This document shows positions 53,801 to 62,858 of a DNA stretch of 64,000 bases, piece by piece. A model generated the notes under the pieces. It had not been told where the DNA came from, did not search any database, and saw only the letters and a list, made by a program, of their open reading frames with translations. The stretch covers positions 1-64,000 of the IMG/VR virus record IMGVR_UViG_3300035669_000001. One strand, written 5' to 3'. The stretch is from a virus. Each line of letters starts with the position of its first letter. Within the stretch, counting starts at the first letter, position 1. Both the position numbers and the translations under genes were made by a program.

Positions 53801-56800
53801 AGGAGGCCGTGCAGCGGGTGCTGGACCGGCTGCGCAAGTCCGACACGACGGGGATGACCGACCCGCAGCGGCAGGCGCTGATCCAGCGGCTGCAGAACGA
53901 GGAGTTCGCCAACACCAGCATCGGCGCGCGCAGGGCCGAGATGATCGGGATGGGAGGCCAGTTCAGCGGGCTGGGGTACGAGGTCAAGGGGCTCTCGGAG
54001 GAGAAGCCCTTCCTGGCCATCCAGGGGATGGGCCTGGAGAACCTCCGCAAGACCTCGGTCGGGCGGACGGCCACCTCCTTCACCGGAGGGGGCACGGGCA
54101 GCAGCTTCAACGAGGCGCTGGCCAACGAGGGCAACCCGGACATCCAAGCCCACGCGGTGCGCGAGCTGCTGGACCGGACGATGACGGAGAACCAGGGCAA
54201 CTGGGCCTTCATCAACGCCGCGATGGTGGACTTCAAGCAGAACGCCGGCGCTGCCTCCCAGCAGTCCTCCCAGCTCGCGGACGCGCTGATGGCGGCCGGT
54301 GCAGCGGCCCGGCAGTTCTCCAACAACATGGAGGGGCGGAACACCCTGCCCCAGCGCGCCCAGTCGGCACTGACCGACCTGGCGGACGCCCAGAACGCCT
54401 ACCGGACCAACCCCAACGCACCGGGTGCCTACACCCGGGTCGAGGAGACCCGCAAGGGCGTGGAGGCCACCCTGGTCGAGGGCAAGGAGCGGATGGACTC
54501 CCTGGCCACCCAGATCCGCCAGGCCGAGGTGCAGCGCCGCCAGGGGATCGAGGCGATGGACCGCCAGCAGGCCAGGTCGCTGGAGAGCTACTACCGCCAG
54601 GCCGGGAACGCCGAGACCGACTTCGCCCGCTCGCGTGCGCGGAACACCGAGCAGTTCCAGCTCTCTCAGGCACGCGCGCAGGAGGACTTCACCCGGCAGC
54701 GCCGCAGGGGCGAGGCGGACTTCTTCAAGCAGCGCCGCCGCGGCGAGGAGGACTACAACCACCAGGTCGTCACGATGGCCAACGCGGCGGCCAAGAGCGT
54801 CTCCGACGTCTACGCCAGGATCAACGTGTCCAGGACGTGGAGCGCGCCCAACCTGCTGTCGAACATGGCCGACCAGCAGCGCAGGCTGGACGAGCAGCAG
54901 GCCAACCTGGCCCGCGCACGGCGGGCGGGCCTGTCCAACGCGGCCATCCAGCAGCTGGGGCTGAACGAGGCGGCCAACGCCCAGCAGCTCGAGCGGATGG
55001 TGCAGGACATGATCGACGACCCGCGGCTGGCTGCGCAGATGAACGCCGCGGTGAACAAGCGCCGCAAGACCGCCGGTGCCCTGATGAAGGACCCCGCCAA
55101 CGAGCAGTGGACCGAGATGGAGCGCCAGCGCAAGCTCGGCCTGCGTCGGTCCCAGGAGGACTTCAACGAGGCCATGGACCGCCAGGCCGCGGACTTCCGC
55201 AGGTCGGTGTCTCGAGGGCGCAGGGACTTCTCCCGGCAGATGAGCCAGGCTGCCGAGGACTTCTCGATCATGCGGGAGCGCCAGCGCAAGGAGCTGGACA
55301 TCTCCTTCCAGCAGATGCGCACGGACTTCAGGATCCAGCAGCGGATCAGCAAAGAGAACATGAGCACCTTCGCCAAGGACATCTCGCAGTCCTGGGCCGA
55401 CGTCTACAAGGTCATCCACGCCAACACCACCGGTGAGACCCGCAGGCAGTTCGAGGAGATCAACCGGATCTTCGGCATCTACGACAAGGTCACCAAGGAC
55501 CACAACAACACCCTGGTCGCCGACGTCACCGAGCCCTACCGGGCCCTCACCGCGGCCAAGCCGTTCCGGCTGACCAAGGGCGGGCCGCTGATGGCCATGG
55601 GCGGTCCAGAGAGTCCCTCGGACGTCGCACACGCCGCGGCCCTGGGAGGACCCGGTGGAGCCTCCGGGAACCCCGCCCAGGCCGATGGGGACACCTCCAA
55701 GAAGTGGAACCCGCTGGCCACGATGCACGTCAACACCCCCTACGGCAAGCGGGGCGCGTGGGCGGCCGGCTACCACACCGGCACGGACCTGCGGGGAACC
55801 ACCGGGACGCCCATCCACGCCGTCGCCCCCGGCAGGGTGGTGTTCGTCGGCTGGGGAGGGGCCTACGGGAACTTCACCAAGCTCGACCACGGCAAGGACG
55901 GCGCGGGGCGCAACGTGCAGTCCTGGTACGCCCACCAGTCCGCCCAGAACGTCCGCCGCGGCGAGGTCGTGGACGGCGGCGAGCAGATCGGCAAGGTCGG
56001 CTACACCGGTCGCGTCTTCCCCAAGGGGCCCGGAGGCTCCCACCTGCACCTGGAGATCCGGCTCAACGGCCGCGACGTCAACCCGATGTCCTGGCTGCGC
56101 GGGTCCTCGGGGGTGTCGGGTGCCGGTGGCACTGACGTCGGCGACCCCACCCAGATGCCCGACTGGTCGAAGATGAAGGGGGTCAAGGCGCACGCCGACT
56201 GGCTGGACGCCCTGGGCATGTTCGACCAGGGCTGGGCGAGCAAGAAGACCCTCCCGGCACTGCTGTCCGCCAGGTTCGCTGCCGACCTGGAGAAGGCCGG
56301 GCTCACCCCAGGCACCTCCAGCACACCGGGCAACCTCTCCAAGGGGGTCAGCGGGACCAACCAGGAGATCGGCCGGCAGATGATGCTCCGGATGGGCTGG
56401 GCGGCCAACCAGTGGCCCTCCCTGAAGGCGCTGTGGACCGGTGAGTCCAACTGGGACGAGCACGCCTACAACCGCTCCTCCGGGGCCACCGGCATCCCCC
56501 AGGCCCTGCCGGGGTCCAAGATGCGCTCCGCTGGTGCGGACTGGCGCACCAACGCCGCCACCCAGATCGAGTGGGGGCTGGGCTACATCAAGGACCGCTA
56601 CGGCTCGCCCTCCAAGGCCTACTCCACCTGGAACAACCGGCACCCGCACTGGTACGCCCAGGGCACCGAGTCCGCCCAGACCGGCTGGGGCGTGGTCGGC
56701 GAGAATGGTCCCGAGCTGCGCTACTTCAGGGGCGGGGAGCGGGTCCGCAACAACACCCAGCTGATGCAGACGGTGCTGTCCTCCAAGGCGCACGAGGTGG

Positions 56801-56961
56801 TCACCCCGTCCTCGACCGTGACCAACAACAACCGCTACGACCACTCGGTCACCTACACAGGTGAGATCAAGGTGGAGGCCAACGACCCGCTCGACTTCGA
56901 GCGGAAGCTGGAGAACAGGAACCGGCTGCGGAGCCTGACCACGCCGAGGAGGAGCAGATGA
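50839..56961 (+). CDS. Tape measure protein with M23 peptidase and lytic transglycosylase domains
   Basis: 2040 aa helical; HTGTD...YAHQ...HLHLE (M23); ESNW...SSGATGIPQALP...QIEWGLGYIKDRYG (transglycosylase). Confidence 0.93.
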   Translation: MDEDYTVGLRADTRSYESSISGAASITNTLTASLVRLGQTLGSVAQRADRRLTLISAAEAATIVGVTVAAARLDQQMSQLQARQVMLDRGTNNYLKTVNQLRTGLGLTSQESIGLVTQLNRLNVPFSQQKTSIESYVRLAAVTGDSVQGLAQANTQFMRTMGNTQPVERYSSMVANLSEKYGAGAQSTLDFANQIAPLSKVMGMNAQEITGISAAFSKAGQDGSAAGNVYTKILSDVNRAIQYGSPEVQVYSDMLGKSVEQFKAMPKAEVVTAIFESLNKEGPQAIKTLERLGLEGVRSQRAITAVVQQGGLRQGIADANAGWNDPARFRGASDQALKGMNDQLARAGETTKAFAQGVGQTFLPAANSLAKGFNVLLSPLRVLTDLFNSDSGLAGAVKTLLAFGAGAAVLAPLIPRLLMGLAGASLLPTLARGSLGQGFLLGRNPNMALGANQRSFMEGGGTAGTRTLFRGGMALGGMLNVGGRRGDLSQHRFVDPVTGRVREHRSLPGYAESMVRLGLMTEEDAARSLNREGRAPYTGELTGRAASLAAAGLPVPAGVARDIENARPRERLGTRTINRGIGFAGDMFRAQLNPWTKSYLDKSMEGGPDAVTQESRWRDTKPIASVRRFFSQDALDEQVKATKEHAGNIRSQTKMLTEMTAEQRRVYRESHSIVRNFGKELLMTAGTGARATAGLGYGAARLGATGLMKAGGGLLNLAGGPAGVALAAGLGAYTLNKENRASWEEGIRGREGDQSAGADYRNALGLGEKSLKSFAEVVNQTNAALKTSVSSVGEAITISAEDIARASGRVNLIVDNNIKTMSANQAKIYAGAILPTADPREAQALKLDLIARYGGAEAKNILSAGMEGGTQSNAFGMIANQQQQSWVPKWLGTWQGTQTQATKDAVQMVADTNKTQIAAVEQRSGASGVGQLQQSKMNEFFAAVDDRGRAGGNARGYSLGAMGSQTSKGMYQSMAQTLGLDVNDNASKEAVQRVLDRLRKSDTTGMTDPQRQALIQRLQNEEFANTSIGARRAEMIGMGGQFSGLGYEVKGLSEEKPFLAIQGMGLENLRKTSVGRTATSFTGGGTGSSFNEALANEGNPDIQAHAVRELLDRTMTENQGNWAFINAAMVDFKQNAGAASQQSSQLADALMAAGAAARQFSNNMEGRNTLPQRAQSALTDLADAQNAYRTNPNAPGAYTRVEETRKGVEATLVEGKERMDSLATQIRQAEVQRRQGIEAMDRQQARSLESYYRQAGNAETDFARSRARNTEQFQLSQARAQEDFTRQRRRGEADFFKQRRRGEEDYNHQVVTMANAAAKSVSDVYARINVSRTWSAPNLLSNMADQQRRLDEQQANLARARRAGLSNAAIQQLGLNEAANAQQLERMVQDMIDDPRLAAQMNAAVNKRRKTAGALMKDPANEQWTEMERQRKLGLRRSQEDFNEAMDRQAADFRRSVSRGRRDFSRQMSQAAEDFSIMRERQRKELDISFQQMRTDFRIQQRISKENMSTFAKDISQSWADVYKVIHANTTGETRRQFEEINRIFGIYDKVTKDHNNTLVADVTEPYRALTAAKPFRLTKGGPLMAMGGPESPSDVAHAAALGGPGGASGNPAQADGDTSKKWNPLATMHVNTPYGKRGAWAAGYHTGTDLRGTTGTPIHAVAPGRVVFVGWGGAYGNFTKLDHGKDGAGRNVQSWYAHQSAQNVRRGEVVDGGEQIGKVGYTGRVFPKGPGGSHLHLEIRLNGRDVNPMSWLRGSSGVSGAGGTDVGDPTQMPDWSKMKGVKAHADWLDALGMFDQGWASKKTLPALLSARFAADLEKAGLTPGTSSTPGNLSKGVSGTNQEIGRQMMLRMGWAANQWPSLKALWTGESNWDEHAYNRSSGATGIPQALPGSKMRSAGADWRTNAATQIEWGLGYIKDRYGSPSKAYSTWNNRHPHWYAQGTESAQTGWGVVGENGPELRYFRGGERVRNNTQLMQTVLSSKAHEVVTPSSTVTNNNRYDHSVTYTGEIKVEANDPLDFERKLENRNRLRSLTTPRRSR

Positions 56962-57452
56962 GGTACGACTACCAGGGCGGACCGGCCCGCCTCGCCAACG
57001 ACTTCGCGCTGGCCCTGGACGTAGAGGTCTCCTACGCGGGCCTGTGGCACAGCCTCAACGACCACTTCAACTACCGGATGGGCACCGAGGGGTTCGGGGT
57101 CGCCGAGCAGACCAGGCGCCGCAAGAGCGTCTCCAACGACTTCTTCGAGGGCGACTTCGAGGTGCGCTCGGTGCGTGCCAGCGTGAAGCGGACCCTGGAC
57201 GTCTGGGTGTACGGCGCCGACCAGGTAGAGGTCCAGGAGAACATCGCCAGGCTCGTGGACGAGGACAGCGGGTGGTTCTCCCAGGACGCCTACAACGTCC
57301 GGGTGCGCCTGAACGAGTACGCCGAGACCTGGCTCTGCGACTCCGCTGACTACTCGGTGGACGGGTCCCACATCTTCCTGCACAACTGCATGGCCCGGGT
57401 GCGGCTGACCTTCTCGACCGCGCCCAAGGTCTCCAAGGAGATCCTGCTGTGA
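56958..57452 (+). CDS. Distal tail-like minor tail protein
   Basis: Immediately after tape measure. Confidence 0.65.
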   Translation: MRYDYQGGPARLANDFALALDVEVSYAGLWHSLNDHFNYRMGTEGFGVAEQTRRRKSVSNDFFEGDFEVRSVRASVKRTLDVWVYGADQVEVQENIARLVDEDSGWFSQDAYNVRVRLNEYAETWLCDSADYSVDGSHIFLHNCMARVRLTFSTAPKVSKEILL

Positions 57453-57886
57453 GCGCCGGCGGGATCACCCAGGCCGGGATCGGCTACCTGCTGGACCTGC
57501 TCCGCAACGCCGTGGCACCGGCGCCCACCTACTACGTCGCCCTGGTGGCCCAGCTGCCGCCGGGGTTCACCATCGGCGGGGAGGAGCTCGACGAGCCGGA
57601 CTTCGCCGAGTACGCCCGCGCGGAGATAGTCAACGACTCCGCGTCCTGGGAGATCACCGACAATGTGATGTCCAACACCGGCGAGGTCACCTTCCCCACC
57701 GCCGGTGCGGAGTGGGGCCAGGTGAGCTACTGGGCGATCTGCGACCAGCCCCAGTCTCTGGGAGGATCGGTGCTGTGGTGCGGGCAGTTCTCCGAGCCGC
57801 TGTGGGTCGAGGACGGACAGCAGGTCTACCTCAACCCCGGCGAGCTCGGGCTGCCCATCTCGGGCAACCAGTGGCTGATGAGGTAG
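57449..57886 (+). CDS. Minor tail protein
   Basis: YVAL...E...YAR...N...VTFP...WG.V..WAI.D...G; paralog of 60897. Confidence 0.75.
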   Translation: MSAGGITQAGIGYLLDLLRNAVAPAPTYYVALVAQLPPGFTIGGEELDEPDFAEYARAEIVNDSASWEITDNVMSNTGEVTFPTAGAEWGQVSYWAICDQPQSLGGSVLWCGQFSEPLWVEDGQQVYLNPGELGLPISGNQWLMR

Positions 57887-57889
57887 CAG

Positions 57890-58741
57890 ATGAGCGTCAC
57901 CCCGTACGGCTTCGCCTCCGCGCAGGTGCGCTCCTTCGCACCGGTCGAGGACGACGGCGTCATCCCCCAGTCGGTCGTCGCCGTGGCCACCGAGGACTTC
58001 GTGCTGCTGGACGGCCAGCCGGTCGTGCCGGCCGTCTGGGCCGAGGCGGTGGGGGAGGTCACTGCGGAGGGCCTGTACTACGTGGAGCGTCCCTCCATCC
58101 TCGACATCCACTCCGACGCCATGGTGCGCTTCGTGGCGACCGAGGAGACCTTCGACACCGTCTCCTACGTCTGGAGCCCGCTGGCCTCTGAGATGGTCAG
58201 CAGGTACCAGCTGGACGGGTCCCCGCTGAGCGCCCCCGTCCTGGGGGAGAGCCGCTACCAGATCGGCCGGGAGATCTTCACCCCGGGCCACCTGGACTTC
58301 GCCGGGGCGGTGCTGACGAGCGACTTCAACGACGGCTTCGACGACGCCTTCTCCTTCACCATCGCGATGGCCCTCAACCTGTCCGACACCGGCTACAACC
58401 TCGTCACCTTCCTGGACGGCTCCTTCGTCTCGGTGGTCGACGGCGGGCTGCTGGCAGAGGTGGACGGGCACCGCTTCGGCGTCGACATCCCCCAGGGCCC
58501 CGCGGCCGCCACCCCGTTGTATGTCGTGCTGGACGTCACACCCCCCGTAGCGACCCTGATCGGTGCCACCGGCCCGGCCAAGATCTTCCGGGGGTCGTCC
58601 GCGGTGAGCGCGCGGACCACGTCCTTCGTCTTCACCCTGACCGGGGAGATGGAGCTGTTCAGCCTGGACGTCTGGGGCGACGAGAAGCCCGGGGTGGCCG
58701 AGATCGTGGCCCGCTACGCCTCCGTGCTGGGTGCCTCGTGA
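57890..58741 (+). CDS. Minor tail protein
   Basis: Tail-tip position, beta-rich. Confidence 0.65.
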   Translation: MSVTPYGFASAQVRSFAPVEDDGVIPQSVVAVATEDFVLLDGQPVVPAVWAEAVGEVTAEGLYYVERPSILDIHSDAMVRFVATEETFDTVSYVWSPLASEMVSRYQLDGSPLSAPVLGESRYQIGREIFTPGHLDFAGAVLTSDFNDGFDDAFSFTIAMALNLSDTGYNLVTFLDGSFVSVVDGGLLAEVDGHRFGVDIPQGPAAATPLYVVLDVTPPVATLIGATGPAKIFRGSSAVSARTTSFVFTLTGEMELFSLDVWGDEKPGVAEIVARYASVLGAS

Positions 58742-60900
58742 GGGCACCGGGAGCGACCAAGCACTACGGGGGCAAGGGCTACTTCCGGGTCCGGGTCAAG
58801 CACCCCTCGGGCAGGTGGCGCGACATCACCATGTTCCGGAGCAAGCCGGTCCTGGTGACCTCCTACTCCTCGGCCGACCCCTTCGGGGACACCTCGGCGG
58901 TGCTGACCTTCCCGCAGGTCACCGCCTTCGAGCGGCCGGGCTCGGGCGACCTGTGGTGGCTGGTGCCCTGGGCGGGCGTGGAGATCGTCTGGTACGACCT
59001 GGTGGACGGGGTCTCGATCCCCTCCGACTGGGTCTGGGAGGGCAACATCGTCTCCGAGGAGATCAGCAGCGACTACTCGGTGCAGTGCAAGGGCGCGCTC
59101 TACATGAGCGACAACTTCCAGGCCGCGCCCTTCTACCCCCAGTACCCGGTCCCCTACGAGAAGCTGATCGTGATGGCGCTGGACCCGGTCACCCACCCGT
59201 CGCTTAGGAACAAGCCCTGCAAGGTGGTCTGGCCGGAGGGGTGGAACGTGCGGGTGCCGGCCTTCGACGAGCCCTCCTACCTGTGGTTCCTGCGGCCCTG
59301 GGGCGTCGCCAAGGGCGAGCGCTGGTCGAGCCTGACGACACGCTCCACGGGCTCGTGGGAGCCGGTGCTGACCGGCTTCGTGCAGACCCTGCTGTCGACG
59401 ATGTACACCCCCGAGGGCGACCAGTGGACGCTGCTGAAGGAGCGCGGGAGGGTGCCGGTCCTGCGGGTTCGGAACCCGGTCCGGGCCCCTCAGGCGGACA
59501 CCCTGACGGTCTACCACGGCGCACCCGGGGTGACGGTGAGCCTCAGCCGCGACTTCAACCAGAGCGCGAACGTGATCTACGGGTCCGGAACCGACCTCGC
59601 GGGGAGCACGTTCTCCGGGGCCCAGGTCTCCACGGACGGCGAGAGCACCTACTACGAGCCCTTCGCGGCCCTCCCCCAGGTGCACCCGGCAAGCGGTGCC
59701 AACCCCCGGCTGGTCTCGACCATGACCCGCAAGGAGTCCCGGCTCACCTTCCCCTCCGGGATCGACGAGCTTGCGGCCAGGGACATCTCGACCACCCAGA
59801 TCCGGCGCTTCGCCGACCCGGGCTACACCGGCACGGTGACGCTGGAGAGCGACCCGTTCTCCGATGGCGAGCCCTTCAACCGGATGCTCGTCACCGCCGG
59901 CGTCTCGCTGCTGGTGAAGAACCTGCGGGGCGACGACGTGCTGTTCCACGTCTCGTCGGTGGAGGTGTCCCCGATGGACGGCACGGCCTCCCTCACGGTC
60001 GACACCAAGTTCCGGGACGCCGTCAGCGTGGCCGAGGTGCGCGCGCGTACGCGGGACGCCCTGGACCCCGTCTACGCCCTGCAGGTGGGCAAGGCCTCCA
60101 CCACGGTGCCCGACCTGCTCAAGCCCTGGTCCTACTCCGCTGGGTCGGGTGTGATCCCCTCCGGGTCGAGCCTGGACGCCACCCCGCTGTTCAAACAGAT
60201 GCCGCCGACCACCGCGTTCCCCTGGACGGAGTGGACCCGGAGGTTCCCGCCGAAGAAGTACCCGAAGTACTACGTCAAGGTCTCCCGCAAGGGACCCAAG
60301 GCCTCCGACCGCTGGCAAGACAACGGCTACAAGCCGACCGCCAAGCGCTCGATCGCGGTTCCCGTCAAGGCCTCCCAGACCGGGGAGGTCAGGCTGACCC
60401 AGATCGCGGCCTACGACGCGGACGGCAACCAGGTCAAGGTGCGCTTCCACGTCGGGGTCTACTTCAACTCCGGCGTCACCACCAACGACATGCCGATGAT
60501 TCCCAAGGGGGCCAAGGGCCTCCCCTACGCCGCGTCCGACCGCTACCCGTTCTTCCCCGAGGCCTTCGAGACCCACAAGCCCAACGGGGAGGAGCAGGAC
60601 AACCCGGCTGTGCTGCTGCCCCAGGGGGCCGAGATGGTGGTGGGCTGGGGGAACGTGAACGACCCGGCCGGCTACTCACCCGGTCTGTTCTCCTCCGGTG
60701 GGGCGAAGACCGGCAGGCTGGTCGACGAGACCGGGTGGTCCTTCGACACCTCCGGCTACGGGGACTTCGACAAGTACTCGGTCAAGAACAACGCCAAGAA
60801 CAAGTCGGCCGGAATGCTCTACATGATGGTGTTCTGTGACGATACGGCCGAGGATGTGTACTTCCTGGGCAGACTTTTCAGGAAGGAGCCTGGGACGTGA
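58738..60900 (+). CDS. Tail hub/Tal-like minor tail protein
   Basis: VWEG.I...VQCKGAL, ANVIYG.G, GTVTL..DP; position. Confidence 0.75.
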   Translation: MRAPGATKHYGGKGYFRVRVKHPSGRWRDITMFRSKPVLVTSYSSADPFGDTSAVLTFPQVTAFERPGSGDLWWLVPWAGVEIVWYDLVDGVSIPSDWVWEGNIVSEEISSDYSVQCKGALYMSDNFQAAPFYPQYPVPYEKLIVMALDPVTHPSLRNKPCKVVWPEGWNVRVPAFDEPSYLWFLRPWGVAKGERWSSLTTRSTGSWEPVLTGFVQTLLSTMYTPEGDQWTLLKERGRVPVLRVRNPVRAPQADTLTVYHGAPGVTVSLSRDFNQSANVIYGSGTDLAGSTFSGAQVSTDGESTYYEPFAALPQVHPASGANPRLVSTMTRKESRLTFPSGIDELAARDISTTQIRRFADPGYTGTVTLESDPFSDGEPFNRMLVTAGVSLLVKNLRGDDVLFHVSSVEVSPMDGTASLTVDTKFRDAVSVAEVRARTRDALDPVYALQVGKASTTVPDLLKPWSYSAGSGVIPSGSSLDATPLFKQMPPTTAFPWTEWTRRFPPKKYPKYYVKVSRKGPKASDRWQDNGYKPTAKRSIAVPVKASQTGEVRLTQIAAYDADGNQVKVRFHVGVYFNSGVTTNDMPMIPKGAKGLPYAASDRYPFFPEAFETHKPNGEEQDNPAVLLPQGAEMVVGWGNVNDPAGYSPGLFSSGGAKTGRLVDETGWSFDTSGYGDFDKYSVKNNAKNKSAGMLYMMVFCDDTAEDVYFLGRLFRKEPGT

Positions 60901-61256
60901 GCTTCTCCGACTACCTCGTGGAGAAGTGGCTGGGGGACTTCTCGACCTGTTTCGTGGCGCTGCACTACGACGACCCGAGGACCGCCGGCGCCTACGCCTC
61001 GGAGGTGTGGGGCGGGGCGTACGCGCGCTGCAGGGCCACCTTCTCCCTGCCCGGCAACCGGGTCACCTGGAACTCCACGGTGCTGCACTTCGCCGGTCTC
61101 CCCGGCACCCTCATCACCCACCTGGCGATCTGGGACGTGGAGGTGAACGGGAACTTCATGGCCTCCGGGGTGGTCCCCAACGGCCCCGTCCGGGTCGCTC
61201 CGGGCGGACGGTACGACCTCGGGGTCAACCAGTTCGCGGTCAGCATCCGGTCTTGA
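60897..61256 (+). CDS. Minor tail protein
   Basis: FVALHYDDP...EV.GGAYAR...ITHLAIWD...GNF; paralog of 57449. Confidence 0.75.
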   Translation: MSFSDYLVEKWLGDFSTCFVALHYDDPRTAGAYASEVWGGAYARCRATFSLPGNRVTWNSTVLHFAGLPGTLITHLAIWDVEVNGNFMASGVVPNGPVRVAPGGRYDLGVNQFAVSIRS

Positions 61257-61264
61257 TTCTGGGC

Positions 61265-61304
61265 AAAAAAAAAGGCCAGAGGCCCGCCCCCGAAGGGGCG
61301 GGCC
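61265..61304 (-). terminator. Intrinsic terminator between convergent operons
   Basis: Perfect 10-bp stem GGCCCGCCCC/GGGGCGGGCC, cUUCGg loop on minus strand, 9-nt U tract. Confidence 0.85.
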
Positions 61305-61310
61305 AGAGGC

Positions 61311-61598
61311 TCATTTGTAGGGACCGAACGAGCGGACGCGTGTGGGTTGACCGATGACCCCGTTGTCGTACAGGTCGATGATCTCCCCGCGGATCTTCTT
61401 GTTCGTCTGCTCGGCCACCAGACGTTCCAGGTCGGCCTTCATCTCCGGGGACGAACGGTAGACGATCTGCTGCGGTGGAGGGGGCTCGTACTTGTACTTG
61501 AGCACCTTGACGCACAGATACAACACGCTCCAGGTCAGGTTCACCAGGAACCCTGCAGCACCGACGACCTCGGCAGTGGACATCATCTCCGGGATCAT
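61311..61598 (-). CDS. Single-TM hypothetical protein
   Basis: N-terminal hydrophobic segment. Confidence 0.6.
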   Translation of the reverse strand: MIPEMMSTAEVVGAAGFLVNLTWSVLYLCVKVLKYKYEPPPPQQIVYRSSPEMKADLERLVAEQTNKKIRGEIIDLYDNGVIGQPTRVRSFGPYK

Positions 61599-61699
61599 GG
61601 GCGCCTCCGAACATAGAGGACTGTCCCGATGACGTACCCGATGATGCCAGCAGCGGCGACAAGGGAGATGATGAGGAGGACCTGGTTCATGACGCTCAT
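61595..61699 (-). CDS. Small TM peptide
   Basis: MSVMNQVLLIISLVAAAGIIGYVIGTVLYVRRRP; ATGA coupling. Confidence 0.6.
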   Translation of the reverse strand: MSVMNQVLLIISLVAAAGIIGYVIGTVLYVRRRP

Positions 61700-61953
61700 G
61701 GGTGGTCCTGAGGGTGCTTGTGCGCCCACGGGACGATCAGCCAAGTCGTCACGTACTTTCCGGTGGGGAAGGCTTTGTCGCCCGGAACGAACTCGCGGAT
61801 GACGTACTTTTGCATCCCGGTCTTGTGATGACGGATGCCGACCAGTCGTCCCCAACGCTCAGCAGGCTCACACCCGGCCCCGAGGGTCACACCCAGCTCC
61901 ACCTGGTCACCTGACTCTGGGGCGACATCGCGCCCGCAGATGCAGACAGTCAT
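61696..61953 (-). CDS. Hypothetical protein
   Basis: CICG start; SD GGAG; coupled. Confidence 0.6.
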   Translation of the reverse strand: MTVCICGRDVAPESGDQVELGVTLGAGCEPAERWGRLVGIRHHKTGMQKYVIREFVPGDKAFPTGKYVTTWLIVPWAHKHPQDHP

Positions 61954-62177
61954 GGTTGGCTCCTCGGCTTTCGGTAGGGCGATTTAAGCCAGCTTGGTTG
62001 GGGGTCACCGCGGTAGACCCCAGTTGCTTCCGAGAGACCGACCGTGTGTCCCTCACGCCATGCCTCGTAGCGCAGCCTTCGGAACTTACGGTCTTGGAGG
62101 AGGATGACTGCTGTCGCAAGGACTACGACCAGGAGAACGATGAAGCCTGCGAGGACGTAAGCAGCCCACGTGGTCAT
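61950..62177 (-). CDS. Single-TM hypothetical protein
   Basis: MTTWAAYVLAGFIVLLVVVL...AWREG...SPYR. Confidence 0.65.
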   Translation of the reverse strand: MTTWAAYVLAGFIVLLVVVLATAVILLQDRKFRRLRYEAWREGHTVGLSEATGVYRGDPQPSWLKSPYRKPRSQP

Positions 62178-62518
62178 TCCTGGCCCTTCGCGATCTCGTC
62201 GGATGAGGGTAACGTTTGCCGATCCCTGACCTTGACAGTGATCTGAAACATGTCGTCTGGGTCGATGCTCCACCGGCACTCGATGATCTCGCCCACGGCC
62301 GTCCCGTAGGCCGTACGCCAGATCAGTTGATCTCCCACCCGAACACCAGGCGAAGACCAACAGAAGCCACGCAAGAGGCCGTCCTGGCCTTGCTTAATGC
62401 TGAGGTCGTGACCCCAGTATTTGCGGGTGTAGTCGACAGTTCTCGTCATGCCGTCCCCCCCGACCTTACGGTGCTCGGCCATGATCGCGGCCGGGTCGAG
62501 CGGCTCAGAGGTAGACAT
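62174..62518 (-). CDS. Hypothetical protein
   Basis: DYT..YWGHD...VGD.LI...DPDDMF; alternative start 62449. Confidence 0.6.
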   Translation of the reverse strand: MSTSEPLDPAAIMAEHRKVGGDGMTRTVDYTRKYWGHDLSIKQGQDGLLRGFCWSSPGVRVGDQLIWRTAYGTAVGEIIECRWSIDPDDMFQITVKVRDRQTLPSSDEIAKGQE

Positions 62519-62858
62519 ACTCCACCCCGATGCCGCTGACCTTGTTCCCGTCCTTGTCGATCTCCGTTCCGGTGACGGAGATCCTTCGTCCTGAGGCGGG
62601 GTGGCGGTGCCAGCCCTTGGGCTCTCCCTCCCCGTCCCAGGCCTCGAGCGCGGCATGAGCAGCCTCGGTGGAGTGGTAGCACCAGCGGTCGGTGAAGCTG
62701 TAGTCGTCCCCGATGTCCCCGGTGATGATCGCCGCCGTGAACAGCATCGGCGACACCAGGGCGTACCTGTCACCGGGGAGGATCTTGGGTCCCTCGTAGT
62801 GGCACTTCTCGGCGAAGTCGGTGAGCCACTCCTCGGGGGTGGTTGTCAGTTCGGTCAT
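62505..62858 (-). CDS. Conserved phage protein
   Basis: MLFTAAI...DRWCY...AL.AWDGEGEPKGWHRHP.SGRR. Confidence 0.7.
   Translation of the reverse strand: MTELTTTPEEWLTDFAEKCHYEGPKILPGDRYALVSPMLFTAAIITGDIGDDYSFTDRWCYHSTEAAHAALEAWDGEGEPKGWHRHPASGRRISVTGTEIDKDGNKVSGIGVEYVYL

Noticed and set aside
52009-56844. 1611-aa minus-strand ORF (also 10621-12831, 37458-39365, 58714-60576 and similar)
   Set aside because: Antisense shadows of high-GC3 plus-strand genes; V/G/L/H-rich translation with no motifs.
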